Assembly: GCA_029838195.1 (NCBI GenBank)
Contig: JALGVJ010000047.1
Location: forward strand, 1-24,904
Direction of reading: 5' to 3'
DNA: 24,904 nt
DNA from: Promethearchaeota archaeon
GTDB taxonomy: Archaea; Asgardarchaeota; Lokiarchaeia; Sigyniarchaeales; SOKP01
Positions 1 through 9,730 of this stretch are shown one piece after another (the first letter of the stretch is position 1; each line of letters begins with the position of its first letter). Position numbers and translations under genes: made by a program. The notes beneath the pieces are model-generated. The model did no database searches. It was not told where the DNA came from and saw only the letters and a program-made list of their open reading frames with translations.

Positions 1-1
1 A

Positions 2-82
2 AGTCAAATTCCGCCTTTTTCTATGTCCGTAGCTCAAGAGCTTGATAAGGTATTAATTCAAGGAAAAAATTTTAGTGATTAG
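2..82 (+). mobile_element. 3' end of an IS110-family transposase gene (truncated by window start)
   Basis: Frame +2 reads SQIPPFSMSVAQELDKVLIQGKNFSD*, which aligns with the C-terminus IGSFSEQLTLQLELTLQGKKLGD* of the IS110 ORF ending at 24225. The DNA around and after the stop is also near-identical: GATTAGAAGCGAACTTTAGTTCGCAAGGA vs GATTAGAAGCGAACGTTAGTTCACAAAGA. Confidence 0.75.
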
Positions 83-84
83 AA

Positions 85-100
85 GCGAACTTTAGTTCGC
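85..100. repeat. Palindrome GCGAAC-TTTA-GTTCGC (copy 1 of 4), followed by a T-tract
   Basis: Perfect 6-bp inverted repeat starting 3 nt after the IS110 stop. The same core occurs at 5120, 18556 and 24209. Confidence 0.8.
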
Positions 101-196
101 AAGGAATTTTTTTTATATTTTATTGAGTAAAATTTAAAAAATTATTGTAAATAAATTAGCCATATTAAATCATTTTTAAGAGTTAATAAGTAAGTA

Positions 197-1042
197 ATGA
201 TCATTTGGATAATTGATAGTTTTTCAGGAGTTAAATTGCTCTATAAGTCCTTTCTGATGATAAACACAGATGAAGACTTAATTTCCGGATTATTAACAGC
301 ATTTCATCAATTTTCCATGGTAGAATTTCAACAAAAAATCGAATCTATTGAAATGGCGGGATTAAAATGGATTTATGAATTAGATACGGAACATCATGTT
401 ATTTTCGTGATCGCAGATATTAAACATGTCAATACTGAAATTTTGGCAGGAAGATTAGTAATTATAAAAAAAGTATTTCTTGAAATGTATGGAGACGTGT
501 TTATTCGACGAGGAAATAATTGGGAAGGAGATATTAATGTCTTTAATCCTTTTCTGGACATCCTTGAAAAATATCATGCTCAATGGGAAGAAGTAGATGA
601 TTTAGACCAATTTGCAGAACTATATGATGTAATCCATATATTCGAACAAATTTTAATCCTATTAGGCAACATTATTAATACCCGCCTATATCAAAAAATT
701 CGAACTCGCATTTTAAATGAAATAGATAAGAGATTTAATGCTTTAATCCATCAAGAACGATATGTTAGGGAACTTCCCTTGCATGATTTCACGTTTTCAA
801 AAAATTCATGGTTTAATTTAATGGATGCATCGCTTGTTCAATCGAAAAAGTTCGTGGTAATTGATTTTTTAAAAAAATTAACAGAGATTATTATTGAATC
901 GTTAAAAAAATTTAAGGGAACTACTTCGTGTTATAAGTATTTTAATGAAGAAGGCATTTTCAGGTATCTTTATAAAAACATGGGGTTATTGAAAGAATTA
1001 AATTTGGATTTGGCTTTGTTGAAACTTTTCTTGTTATTATGA
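197..1042 (+). CDS. Longin-like domain protein with helical C-terminal extension (Asgard-type)
   Basis: N-terminal pattern IWIID..SG..L.YKSF ... DEDLISGLLTAFHQFS ... IESIEMAG.KWIY ... IFVIAD ... L..IKKVF...YG resembles the longin/sigma-adaptin fold proteins expanded in Asgard archaea. Confidence 0.55.
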   Translation: MIIWIIDSFSGVKLLYKSFLMINTDEDLISGLLTAFHQFSMVEFQQKIESIEMAGLKWIYELDTEHHVIFVIADIKHVNTEILAGRLVIIKKVFLEMYGDVFIRRGNNWEGDINVFNPFLDILEKYHAQWEEVDDLDQFAELYDVIHIFEQILILLGNIINTRLYQKIRTRILNEIDKRFNALIHQERYVRELPLHDFTFSKNSWFNLMDASLVQSKKFVVIDFLKKLTEIIIESLKKFKGTTSCYKYFNEEGIFRYLYKNMGLLKELNLDLALLKLFLLL

Positions 1043-1176
1043 AAAAGCCTATTATTAAATTACGAATTGGAGTTTAATCGAGAAAGAGCCATGGCCGATT
1101 CTAAATTGCGCGGGTAGGAGCGCCACCAAGCTAGGAAGATTCAAATCAAACGTTAAGTACAATTAAATGAGTCAAT

Positions 1177-1653
1177 TTAATAAAAACAAGAATGCCTACC
1201 GCCATGTTTTTCGTAGTATTGTTGATGATAGTCTTCTGCCTCGTAAAATTCTTGAGCGGGTTCAATAGCCGTAACGATTTTTCTTTTATACTTGCCATTA
1301 TTTTCGAGTTGTTTTAAAGAGTTCAAGGCAATCTTTTTCTGTTCTTCTGAAAGATAAAATATGACCGATCGATATTGTCTTCCTACATCGGGGCCTTGTC
1401 TATTTAAGGTCGTGGGATCGTGAATGTTCCAAAAAACATTTAATAATTGTTCATAAGAGATTTCTTGCGGATTAAATGTAATTTCCACGACTTCTGCATA
1501 TCCGGTTTTATCATTATCACATACCTCTTCATAAGTAGGATTTTTCGTGGTTCCTCCGCTATATCCCACGCGCGTGGATAGAACGCCTTTTATCTTTCGG
1601 AAAGCGGCCTCAACGCCCCAAAAACATCCAGCACCAAAAATTACTTTTTCCAT
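1177..1653 (-). CDS. msrA: Peptide-methionine (S)-S-oxide reductase
   Basis: GAGCFWGVE, NPTYEEVC, HDPTTLNRQGPDVGRQYRS and FYEAEDYHQQY motifs. The catalytic residue is Cys, not Sec. Confidence 0.97.
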   Translation of the reverse strand: MEKVIFGAGCFWGVEAAFRKIKGVLSTRVGYSGGTTKNPTYEEVCDNDKTGYAEVVEITFNPQEISYEQLLNVFWNIHDPTTLNRQGPDVGRQYRSVIFYLSEEQKKIALNSLKQLENNGKYKRKIVTAIEPAQEFYEAEDYHQQYYEKHGGRHSCFY

Positions 1654-1850
1654 TTTCTATTTACTTGATATCATACCATGATAAAAAGGTTATTTTTAAT
1701 GTTTCATAAATTCTCAAGAGAAAACTGCTAAAAAAATAAAAGGTACCAAGCAAATTTTTAATAAATTATCTATCATCCAATACTTCATCATACTAAACAA
1801 TTATATTTTAATTATCATTTTATAGCCATGAAAAAAATTAAGCGGTAAAA

Positions 1851-2879
1851 ATGTCTCCACGATTTCTTGTTCCCACGCCATTTTCTGGAGGGTTAATTCT
1901 CTCGTATCAATGTAGTTGCGAGTGCAAGCACTGCATGTATTTTGGTACCCCCGCCTGGAAAGATGGGTGGATAAAGGAAAAAAACCTTCGAGAGATTCTT
2001 TCCTTGCTTTCGAAAGTGATAAAGCCTTCTCCATTAGGGAAAGATCGCGTGAGTTTGAATCACGGATTACATTTTACAGGCGGAGAGCCTTTTTTAAACT
2101 ATAAAATCTTGCTGAAAAGCATCGAAATTGCAAGTGAACTAGAAATTCCCTCTTTATTTGTTGAAACGAATTGTTATTGGTGTAAAAATGATAAAATAAC
2201 TGAAAAACGGTTACTAGAGTTAAAGAATAAAGGGCTACAAGGAATATTAATAAGCGTGAATCCTTTTATTCTTGAACACGTTCCTTTTGAAAGAATCGAA
2301 CGAGCGATAAAGATTAGTAATCAATTATTTGAGGATAATTTAATGATATATCAACTTTATTATTATGTCCAATTCAAGAACATGAAGATTAAAGGAATCT
2401 TAAATTTTGATGATTATTTAAAATTGGTAAAAATTGAAGAGGTTAAAAGACGGGTGGAGCTTTTTAAAATGGGACGAGCTGCTCATGAACTATCCTTTTT
2501 ATACGAGAGATTTCCTCTCAAAGTTTTTTTAAATGAAAATTGTAAGATGGAGTTAGTTAGAAATTGGCATTGTCATTTTGATCTTCATGGAAATTACATG
2601 CCAGGATATTGCGGAGGGTTTTCATGGGGAGATGTTAGGAATTTAGATCTCTTATCTAAAAAAGGGATAGAATTAGAAAAATATCCCATTTTTAATGCAC
2701 TAATAAATGGAAAGCTAAAAGATCTCCATGAATTAGCCGTCAAGAATTTCAATTATCAAGAACTTCGAACGGGTTATGTATCAAAATGTCACGCTTGTTT
2801 TGATATTAGAAAACATTTAGCATTAAAAACTAACGTATATAAAGAACTTCAACCCCGAGAATTTTATTTTCATTCTTGA
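1851..2879 (+). CDS. Radical SAM protein with Cys-rich C-terminal (twitch/SPASM-like) region
   Basis: CSCECKHC (CxxxCxxC), FTGGEPF and VETN motifs. Additional Cys residues in ENC, GYCGG and KCHAC. Confidence 0.85.
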   Translation: MSPRFLVPTPFSGGLILSYQCSCECKHCMYFGTPAWKDGWIKEKNLREILSLLSKVIKPSPLGKDRVSLNHGLHFTGGEPFLNYKILLKSIEIASELEIPSLFVETNCYWCKNDKITEKRLLELKNKGLQGILISVNPFILEHVPFERIERAIKISNQLFEDNLMIYQLYYYVQFKNMKIKGILNFDDYLKLVKIEEVKRRVELFKMGRAAHELSFLYERFPLKVFLNENCKMELVRNWHCHFDLHGNYMPGYCGGFSWGDVRNLDLLSKKGIELEKYPIFNALINGKLKDLHELAVKNFNYQELRTGYVSKCHACFDIRKHLALKTNVYKELQPREFYFHS

Positions 2880-2960
2880 TTTTTAGATAAAGGCTGAATT
2901 GTAAAGCATTAATTAAAAAAACGGGTTTTTAATAGGATTGAAAGGGATTTAAATTTATAA

Positions 2961-3773
2961 TTATCGATTTCGATACCCATGAATCGCTTCAGCCATTCTT
3001 AACAATGATTTATCATCTTTTTTCTTTTTTATTTTTCCAACGCGAGCCGTGTATATAGCAAATTCTTCTTCGCCGTCTATTGAAAGATAATTATCCAGTA
3101 ATTCTTGATCATAAGCTCCAACGGCACAAATACCTGCTCCAATCGCTTCCGTTGCGAGATAAAGATTTTGGCAAATATGGCCGGTTTCTTGAGCGATGGT
3201 TTTATAAGAAAATGTTCCATAACGCCATTCCGTGCGATAAGGAATGACGGTCCAAATAAAAACGATAGGTGCTTTAAAAATTAATGTTTTATCAAGAGGA
3301 TAAGGTTCTTCCAAATTTTCTCTTATAAAGCAGAGTTTATGTTCAAGACTGAGATATCGATAAAGTCCCGATTTTATATCTTCAACTTGATAAAGACAGA
3401 GGTAAGTTTCAAAAGGGTGTCGAGCTCCACCAGAAGGAACAGTTCTCCAGGTGGCAGATTTATTACCAATAATTCGCTGAACTCCTTGTGTACACCACAA
3501 TAAAAAGGAAATTTCTTCCAAATTAAATGGTTCTTTCGTGAATTTTCTACGGCTTCTTCTTTTATTAATCACGTCGATTAGAGGCATTTTTCCAATGGTA
3601 AATTGTTCTGGTGGGATGAGATCGATTAAAACGGCATTTTTAGAATAAGGTTTTTGAAGAGGGGGTGGAGGTATTTTTTTGAGTTGATCACTTTCAAATT
3701 TAACTTTGCTACTCCATGCTAAAGATTTTAGAAAATTTCTTCCTTTGATTTTTTCTTCTTCTAACATTATCAA
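2961..3773 (-). CDS. SagB/ThcOx-family nitroreductase-fold dehydrogenase
   Basis: RRSRRKF FMN motif, RTVPSGGARHPFETY, EWRYG, ETGHICQNLYL and G.CAVGAYD. Confidence 0.9.
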   Translation of the reverse strand: MIMLEEEKIKGRNFLKSLAWSSKVKFESDQLKKIPPPPLQKPYSKNAVLIDLIPPEQFTIGKMPLIDVINKRRSRRKFTKEPFNLEEISFLLWCTQGVQRIIGNKSATWRTVPSGGARHPFETYLCLYQVEDIKSGLYRYLSLEHKLCFIRENLEEPYPLDKTLIFKAPIVFIWTVIPYRTEWRYGTFSYKTIAQETGHICQNLYLATEAIGAGICAVGAYDQELLDNYLSIDGEEEFAIYTARVGKIKKKKDDKSLLRMAEAIHGYRNR

Positions 3774-3908
3774 TTAATGCAATAAGTGTTAATTAATTAT
3801 CCATTTTAGATATTAAATCAATACCATTTAATTAATGAGGGGTAAGAAAAAGATTTAATGTTAATTATCCATATTCGAAATTTCAATAAAAAATTACTTA
3901 AAAAAAAA

Positions 3909-5063
3909 TTAACGAGATAATTTTCCTGATAGTACAATCTCATCTGAAAATTTGACCATATCAGCTTTTTCTTGAAGATAAGGAACCAATTTTTCACGCG
4001 TGATATCTTGTTTTAGCAATTCTTTAGCATTAAAAAAATTACTTAGCTGAAGAATGAGCTCATAACAATCCATTCCAAAATACCACGCTCCAACAATATT
4101 TAGATTACATTTTTCAAAAGCCGTGGCAAGAGAGGAATCGGTGAATACATGAAGGTGTCCGAGAGGATCTAAGTGCCTGATAATAGAATCCGAAAATAAT
4201 TGTTGAACTGCCGTGCTTAAACAATTCCATCTTGGAACTTCCACGATGATCATACCCTTTTTATTGAGGAGAGATGTTGCCCTTCTTAGCAGCATTATGG
4301 GATAATTATAATGCTCAATAACACCCCAAAAGGTAATTAAGTCGTATTTTTCTTGAAACTCAAGACATTGAAGTATATCTTGATTGATTAACTCAACATC
4401 AAAAATATCCTTAGCAAATTGACATCCAGTTTTACTAATTTCAATTCCATTCGCTCGATAGCCCATTTTTCTACAAGCATGTATAAAATGTCCACTACCA
4501 GCACCTACATCCAAAATTGAGTTTGGTTGTCTTTCATATTCTCTCTGGAATTCACGAATGGCCCATTTAAGTTTAGGCATTGCAACTTGTTCAACTCTAA
4601 GCATTGCATTTTTTTTATCGGTATAAGTTTTTTGATACGTTTCATTAGTTGAATAAAACTCTTTAAAAACTTTTAATGTTGGTCTCTTGTTAACAAACAC
4701 GTGAGTACATTCTTTACATTGGATATATTCCGTTATATCAAGGGATAAAACCGGATTAAATTGGGATCCTTCACATATGGGGCACCTTGAAACTTCTTCT
4801 AAGTTTTTAGAATATAATTTATCTCGTATTTTTTTGTTAATTACTAATTTTTCTTTAAATTTTTCAATAATATCGCTCTTTAGGGAAAAAAGATTTATCG
4901 GTTTTCCCAACCGTACGTGAACCTTATAGTCCTTCTTTGTATGGGGAGAAATCCAAAGTTCTTCTTGAACCGCATTCGCTTCAAATGAGGTTACCCTATA
5001 CCAAGCTTTAGTTCTTTCTTTTTTAAGTAATTTTTTCTCATAAGGATCTGGTATTAATTCTAT
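3909..5063 (-). CDS. Class I SAM-dependent methyltransferase with Zn-ribbon (track start TTG 4910; probable true start ATA 5063)
   Basis: CPIC...CKEC, motif I ILDVGAGSG, YDLITFWGVIEH and IIVEVP. The frame stays open to 5075, and GAGGTGA lies 7 nt before the ATA at 5063. Confidence 0.8.
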   Translation of the reverse strand: MELIPDPYEKKLLKKERTKAWYRVTSFEANAVQEELWISPHTKKDYKVHVRLGKPINLFSLKSDIIEKFKEKLVINKKIRDKLYSKNLEEVSRCPICEGSQFNPVLSLDITEYIQCKECTHVFVNKRPTLKVFKEFYSTNETYQKTYTDKKNAMLRVEQVAMPKLKWAIREFQREYERQPNSILDVGAGSGHFIHACRKMGYRANGIEISKTGCQFAKDIFDVELINQDILQCLEFQEKYDLITFWGVIEHYNYPIMLLRRATSLLNKKGMIIVEVPRWNCLSTAVQQLFSDSIIRHLDPLGHLHVFTDSSLATAFEKCNLNIVGAWYFGMDCYELILQLSNFFNAKELLKQDITREKLVPYLQEKADMVKFSDEIVLSGKLSR

Positions 5064-5070
5064 TTGAAAT

Positions 5071-5116
5071 TCACCTCATTTTATTTACTATATATCCTTA
5101 TATAAAAATTTATTGT
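5071..5116 (-). promoter_or_regulatory. Putative BRE/TATA box and Shine-Dalgarno for the methyltransferase
   Basis: Minus strand reads an A-rich BRE-like stretch, then TTTTTATATA, then GAGGTGA (5071-5077). Confidence 0.5.
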
Positions 5117-5117
5117 T

Positions 5118-5133
5118 ATGAACTAAAGTTCGA
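5118..5133. repeat. Palindrome ATGAAC-TAAA-GTTCGA (copy 2 of 4)
   Basis: The core GAACTAAAGTTC (5120-5131) is the exact reverse complement of 87-98. It lies in the divergent methyltransferase/AOR intergenic region. Confidence 0.75.
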
Positions 5134-5435
5134 CAACTTGATGTATTTTAGAACCTTTATTAATCCTTATAGCTCTCTTTCGGCATGAGGGAGGTTTACG
5201 TGTAAAAAGCATAACATTTCATCCTTATCCTACACGTTTTTATAAGAAAAGAGAGCCCTTTATGTAATTTACTTTTATTGAAAAAAATTTTAACAAGATT
5301 TTCTGATTAAAAATCATGTTTTTTTTATTAATTCAATATATATCCCTTTTTCAACTAAACAATAATAATTAGTAAGATTAATAATCAATCACTTCATTTT
5401 TCATTATCAAAATAAAATGAGTGTGAAGAATTCAT

Positions 5436-7298
5436 ATGGAATTAAATACCGTAAAAATTCTCGAAATTAACTTGGCTCATGAACACGTGAAAGAAAAAAA
5501 ATGGGATTCAAGTGATGTAAAAAAATATTTGGGAGGACCTGGCTTTACTATTAAGTACTTATTAGAAAGCAAGGCTTACGAGTATGAACCCTTGAATGAA
5601 AAGAGCCCCCTCATTTTCATGACCGGCCTTCTCACGGGGACATCTTACCCTTGCTCTGGATTTTATTCGGTTTCCGCAAGATCACCCCAAACAAATATCT
5701 ATGGGGAAGGGCTTTCTGGTGGTTTTTTTGGAGCAGAGCTCAGAAAGATTTTTAATGGGTTTATTTTTATCAATAAAGCAACAACTCCAGTTTATATAGT
5801 TCTTGATGAAAATAATGTTGAGATCAAGGATGCATCTGAAATATGGGGACTTACCACCGATAAAACAATTAAAACTCTTCAAGATAAGCTTGGAAAGCAT
5901 TTCAAAATAGCTTGCATTGGCCCTGCGGGAGAACATTCAGTTCCTTTATCTTCCATCATGAATGACCATTTTAGAGCCGTAGGAAGAACAGGAATGGGCG
6001 CTGTAATGGGCTCTAAAAATCTAAAAGCCATTGCCGTGAATGGCGGTAAAAAGAAAATAGAATATTATAATAAAGAAAAATTCAATGAGATTTCCAAGAA
6101 ATTATTTAAAGCTTTTAAAGATTCCCCCATGGCGGGCGTTCTTAAAAATTTTGGGACTAATAATATTGATTATTTTGAACGGTTAAATGATGTTCCCCAT
6201 AAAAATTGGACCTTACACAAATTTAGGGGAGTTAACGAGATTTCTGGAGCCGTAGTCTTAGAAAAATTACATGCACGGAGTGCTCCTTGCTTCTCTTGTC
6301 CTTTTTCATGTGGGCGCGTGATTGAAGTTAAGGAAGGACCTTACAAAATTGAAAATGCAGCTGGAGCGGAATACGAAACTACCGCTGCTTTTGGAAGCAT
6401 GTGTTTGATTGATAACGTGGAAGCCATAGCATATCTCAATCATTTATGCAATACATTAGGGCTTGACACGATTTCTACTGGATGCACTATTGCCTTTGCC
6501 ATGGACTGCCATGAAAATGGAATATTAACTCAAGATAATATCGGTTTTTCCCTTAATTGGGGAGATGTTGATGCCGTCATCAAAATCGTGGAATTAATGG
6601 CTAAAAACGAGGGAATTGGAAAAATTCTTGGAAAGGGCTCAAGAAAGGCTGCCGAACTCATTAATAAAGGGGCAGAACAATATTTAGCGGAAATCAAGGG
6701 ATTAGAAGTACCTATGCACGATCCTCGGGCCATATTTCCCTTAGGTTTACAATACGCAACTTCTAACAGGGGTGCATGTCATTTAAGAGGATTCGCAAAT
6801 GATTCCTATTCAGGATTCACGGGTTTCAATGACGCCTTAGGGATTACTAAAGAACTCCCCATTAGGAAAAGGACAATAGATGATCCTGCTTTTGCTAAAG
6901 ATGTTGTCCTCACGCAAAATTTGTCAGAAATTAATAATGCATTAGGAATCTGCCGTCAAACCATCTCATCAGGCACCCAAATTGTCAATAATTTATTTGA
7001 CTTATTAACTAAAGCCATGTATTATTTAACGGGGATGGAATTTACTTTAAAAGAATTGCTTAAAATCGGCGAGCGAATTTTTACCATGAAACGATTGTTT
7101 AATGTAAAATGTGGAATTTCAAGAAAAGATGATAACCTCCCGCCAAGATTACAATATCCTTTAGAGAAAGGAGTGACCAAGAATAAAATCCTTAAGATCG
7201 ATGCCATGCTCGAAAAATATTATAAGATAAGAGGATGGGATGAAAACGGCATTCCGAAAGAAGAAACTTTAAAAAACTTGGAAATTAGGATAACATAA
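5436..7298 (+). CDS. aor: Tungsten-containing aldehyde:ferredoxin oxidoreductase (AOR family)
   Basis: YLGG.G, ARSPQT, GRTGMGAVMGSKNLKA, CFSCPFSC [4Fe-4S] motif, EYET, LGLDTISTG, RGACH and YYKIRGWDENGIP; 620 aa. Confidence 0.93.
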   Translation: MELNTVKILEINLAHEHVKEKKWDSSDVKKYLGGPGFTIKYLLESKAYEYEPLNEKSPLIFMTGLLTGTSYPCSGFYSVSARSPQTNIYGEGLSGGFFGAELRKIFNGFIFINKATTPVYIVLDENNVEIKDASEIWGLTTDKTIKTLQDKLGKHFKIACIGPAGEHSVPLSSIMNDHFRAVGRTGMGAVMGSKNLKAIAVNGGKKKIEYYNKEKFNEISKKLFKAFKDSPMAGVLKNFGTNNIDYFERLNDVPHKNWTLHKFRGVNEISGAVVLEKLHARSAPCFSCPFSCGRVIEVKEGPYKIENAAGAEYETTAAFGSMCLIDNVEAIAYLNHLCNTLGLDTISTGCTIAFAMDCHENGILTQDNIGFSLNWGDVDAVIKIVELMAKNEGIGKILGKGSRKAAELINKGAEQYLAEIKGLEVPMHDPRAIFPLGLQYATSNRGACHLRGFANDSYSGFTGFNDALGITKELPIRKRTIDDPAFAKDVVLTQNLSEINNALGICRQTISSGTQIVNNLFDLLTKAMYYLTGMEFTLKELLKIGERIFTMKRLFNVKCGISRKDDNLPPRLQYPLEKGVTKNKILKIDAMLEKYYKIRGWDENGIPKEETLKNLEIRIT

Positions 7299-7611
7299 AA
7301 AGTAATATCACTTTATCATCTTTTTCAAATCATATTTAATCATGATTAAAAAAAAAAAATAGTGCGTGAACATAAAGAATTCTTCAGAATATCAATATTC
7401 AAATAAAGATGCCATTGCATGCTGTTTCGGCCAAATTTTTTTAATATTCGACTAAAAATTGGTACGATTTCCAAACTAAATTAGATCAATTAAATCTATT
7501 TCTTCTATTCGAAAGAAAATGAGTAATACTATTAGAATTAGGATAAGAATTTTAATTAACCTCATTTTTAAAGAATACAACGTTGAAACCAATATTACAT
7601 GAAAATTTATC

Positions 7612-9609
7612 ATGAGCTATTTTAAAAATATTGTATTATTTAAAGCGGAAGGAGATTATTTTGATGTAAGCTTTTTCGAAGCCAATATTCCTCTATGTTA
7701 TCTTAGCGCCGTCGTGAAAAACCACGTTAATACCGTCCAAATGCCCGTAGACATGCGCATAGATCAAGAGCCTTTCAGAAAATTGGAAGAACACTTAATT
7801 TCAATGAAAAAAAATGGCATGAAATGCGATCTCATGGGAATATCCACCATGACCGCTTCGTTTCCTAATGCCATAAAAGCGGCTCGAATTGCCAAGAAGC
7901 ATGGTGCTTACGTAGTAATGGGAGGATATCATTCTTCGGCTCTCCCAGAGGCAGTCCTGCAGCATCCCGAAGTGGATGCCGTGATCCGCGGAGAGGGAGA
8001 GCTTACCTTTAAAGAATTCGTTCTTAAAGGGCCCTCTAATGAAATAAAAGGATTAAGCTTTAAAGATGAGAAGGGCATCATCCATCATAATCCCGATCGA
8101 GAAAAGATAATGGATCTTGATTCCTTACCTTTTCCAGACCGGAGCCTCCGACCTCCAAATCCCATTTTTAAAAAGCATGATGTAATCGTGACGTCAAGAG
8201 GATGTAATGGAATATGCACGTTTTGTGCTAATAAAGCGGTTCACGGTCGTTGGCGGGGACGCTCACCGGAAAATGTCGTTGAAGAATTAGAAATATTATA
8301 TAATAATAATCCAGATCTTATGGTTCACATTTGGGACGCAAATTTCATGCAAGATCCTGACCGCGTGGCTAAAATAATTGAACTCATTGAGCAGAAAAAC
8401 ATTCGTTTAAAATATTTTTGCGAAATGCGAGTAGATCCTATCGTGAAATATCCCCATCTCATAGAAGGATTGAATCGTATTGGGATGGAATGGATTGCCA
8501 TAGGAATAGAAAGTCCGAATGATGAAAGGTTGAGGCGATTAAAGAAGGGAATAACGAGTAGTACGGTGGAAAAAGCCGTTCAAATATTAAAAAAAAATAA
8601 CATCAAGATTATTGGATATCTAATGATAGGAGATCCCGAAGAGACGGAGCAAGACATGAAAGGATATCCGGTTTATGCTACAGAATTGGGCATTGATAAA
8701 ATCATGCTAGCGATTCAAACACCGCATCCGGGAAGTCGGCTTTTTGAAGAAATGGAAAAAAATGGAGCTATTACTTCTTATGAGTGGGAGAAATATGACA
8801 TTGGGCATTCTGTAGCTCGATTAAACCACATGACTAATGAGCAATGTGAACTTTTAATGGATTGGGGCTGGGGTAAATATTATACGCCCCTATGGGCATT
8901 TTCTCGTAAAAAAACCATGAAAGAAGCTCTATATTTATATTTGTCTTATGCGTGGATTGGATATCCCGGTTTTTTCATACATGCGAGGCAAAAAGAAAAC
9001 GTGGAGGAAAATCTCAAAGCTTATATTTCTGCCATGAGAGGATATTACGACTTGAGTTCTTTCTCTTTTGAAGATTCTGAATATTTAGACGTGTTTAGAG
9101 GATGTGATTTTCAAATTACCTTTGAATTTTCTGATGGAAATGAGATTTCCCTTTTATTCACGATTACGGACGATAAGAAATTTATTATAGAAATTTTTAA
9201 TGGAAGACGACCGAACGTATTACTAAATTACGTGCTTTCCACTAAGGATTATATTAATATCATAAAATCCTTATCTTTACAAACGTGTACTCTTGTTCAG
9301 TGGGGAGGATATAATTTTGGAAACGTGAAAGCAAACATGAGGGTATTTTGGGCATTCTCCCAAATGGTGATGAAGGCCATGCATCTAGATACCTTCAATT
9401 ACCGAAAAATATTTAGATATCTCATGCTTGGAATAAAATTTATCCCCAGAAAGATATATGAAGTGCTCATGGAGGAAAAAATAACTTTTAACAAGCAAGC
9501 TAAATGGATTGATAAGATTTCAGAAATTGGAAAAAATATATTATATAAAACCATGTTTTTTCCCTATGTCACATTGATTCCGGTAAATAAAAGCAATATC
9601 ATCATTTAA
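7612..9609 (+). CDS. Cobalamin-binding radical SAM protein (BchE/HpnP/Grs-like architecture) with extra C-terminal domain
   Basis: B12 domain (MGIS, VVMGGYH, VIRGEGE), TSRGCNGICTFC, GIES and TPHPGS motifs, then about 200 aa of extension. Confidence 0.9.
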   Translation: MSYFKNIVLFKAEGDYFDVSFFEANIPLCYLSAVVKNHVNTVQMPVDMRIDQEPFRKLEEHLISMKKNGMKCDLMGISTMTASFPNAIKAARIAKKHGAYVVMGGYHSSALPEAVLQHPEVDAVIRGEGELTFKEFVLKGPSNEIKGLSFKDEKGIIHHNPDREKIMDLDSLPFPDRSLRPPNPIFKKHDVIVTSRGCNGICTFCANKAVHGRWRGRSPENVVEELEILYNNNPDLMVHIWDANFMQDPDRVAKIIELIEQKNIRLKYFCEMRVDPIVKYPHLIEGLNRIGMEWIAIGIESPNDERLRRLKKGITSSTVEKAVQILKKNNIKIIGYLMIGDPEETEQDMKGYPVYATELGIDKIMLAIQTPHPGSRLFEEMEKNGAITSYEWEKYDIGHSVARLNHMTNEQCELLMDWGWGKYYTPLWAFSRKKTMKEALYLYLSYAWIGYPGFFIHARQKENVEENLKAYISAMRGYYDLSSFSFEDSEYLDVFRGCDFQITFEFSDGNEISLLFTITDDKKFIIEIFNGRRPNVLLNYVLSTKDYINIIKSLSLQTCTLVQWGGYNFGNVKANMRVFWAFSQMVMKAMHLDTFNYRKIFRYLMLGIKFIPRKIYEVLMEEKITFNKQAKWIDKISEIGKNILYKTMFFPYVTLIPVNKSNIII

Positions 9610-9730
9610 ATTAGTATTTTAATCCTTTTTAATTGGCCATGAAAGTAATCATAGAAAAGAAAATTTTTTATGAATTTACTGATGTATAACATTAAAAATT
9701 AAAACAAATAGAAGAAAAATTGTTAATATT

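Noticed and set aside
1080-1140. GC-rich patch ending in CGCCACCA, resembling a tRNA 3' end
   Set aside because: No cloverleaf, T-loop or acceptor-stem partner is present; only a 4-bp GCGC stem.
1851-9609. Radical SAM + SagB + methyltransferase + B12 radical SAM as a RiPP (azole peptide) cluster
   Set aside because: There is no YcaO, precursor peptide, peptidase or exporter, and the genes are in mixed orientations. Stand-alone SagB-like proteins are common in anaerobic archaea.
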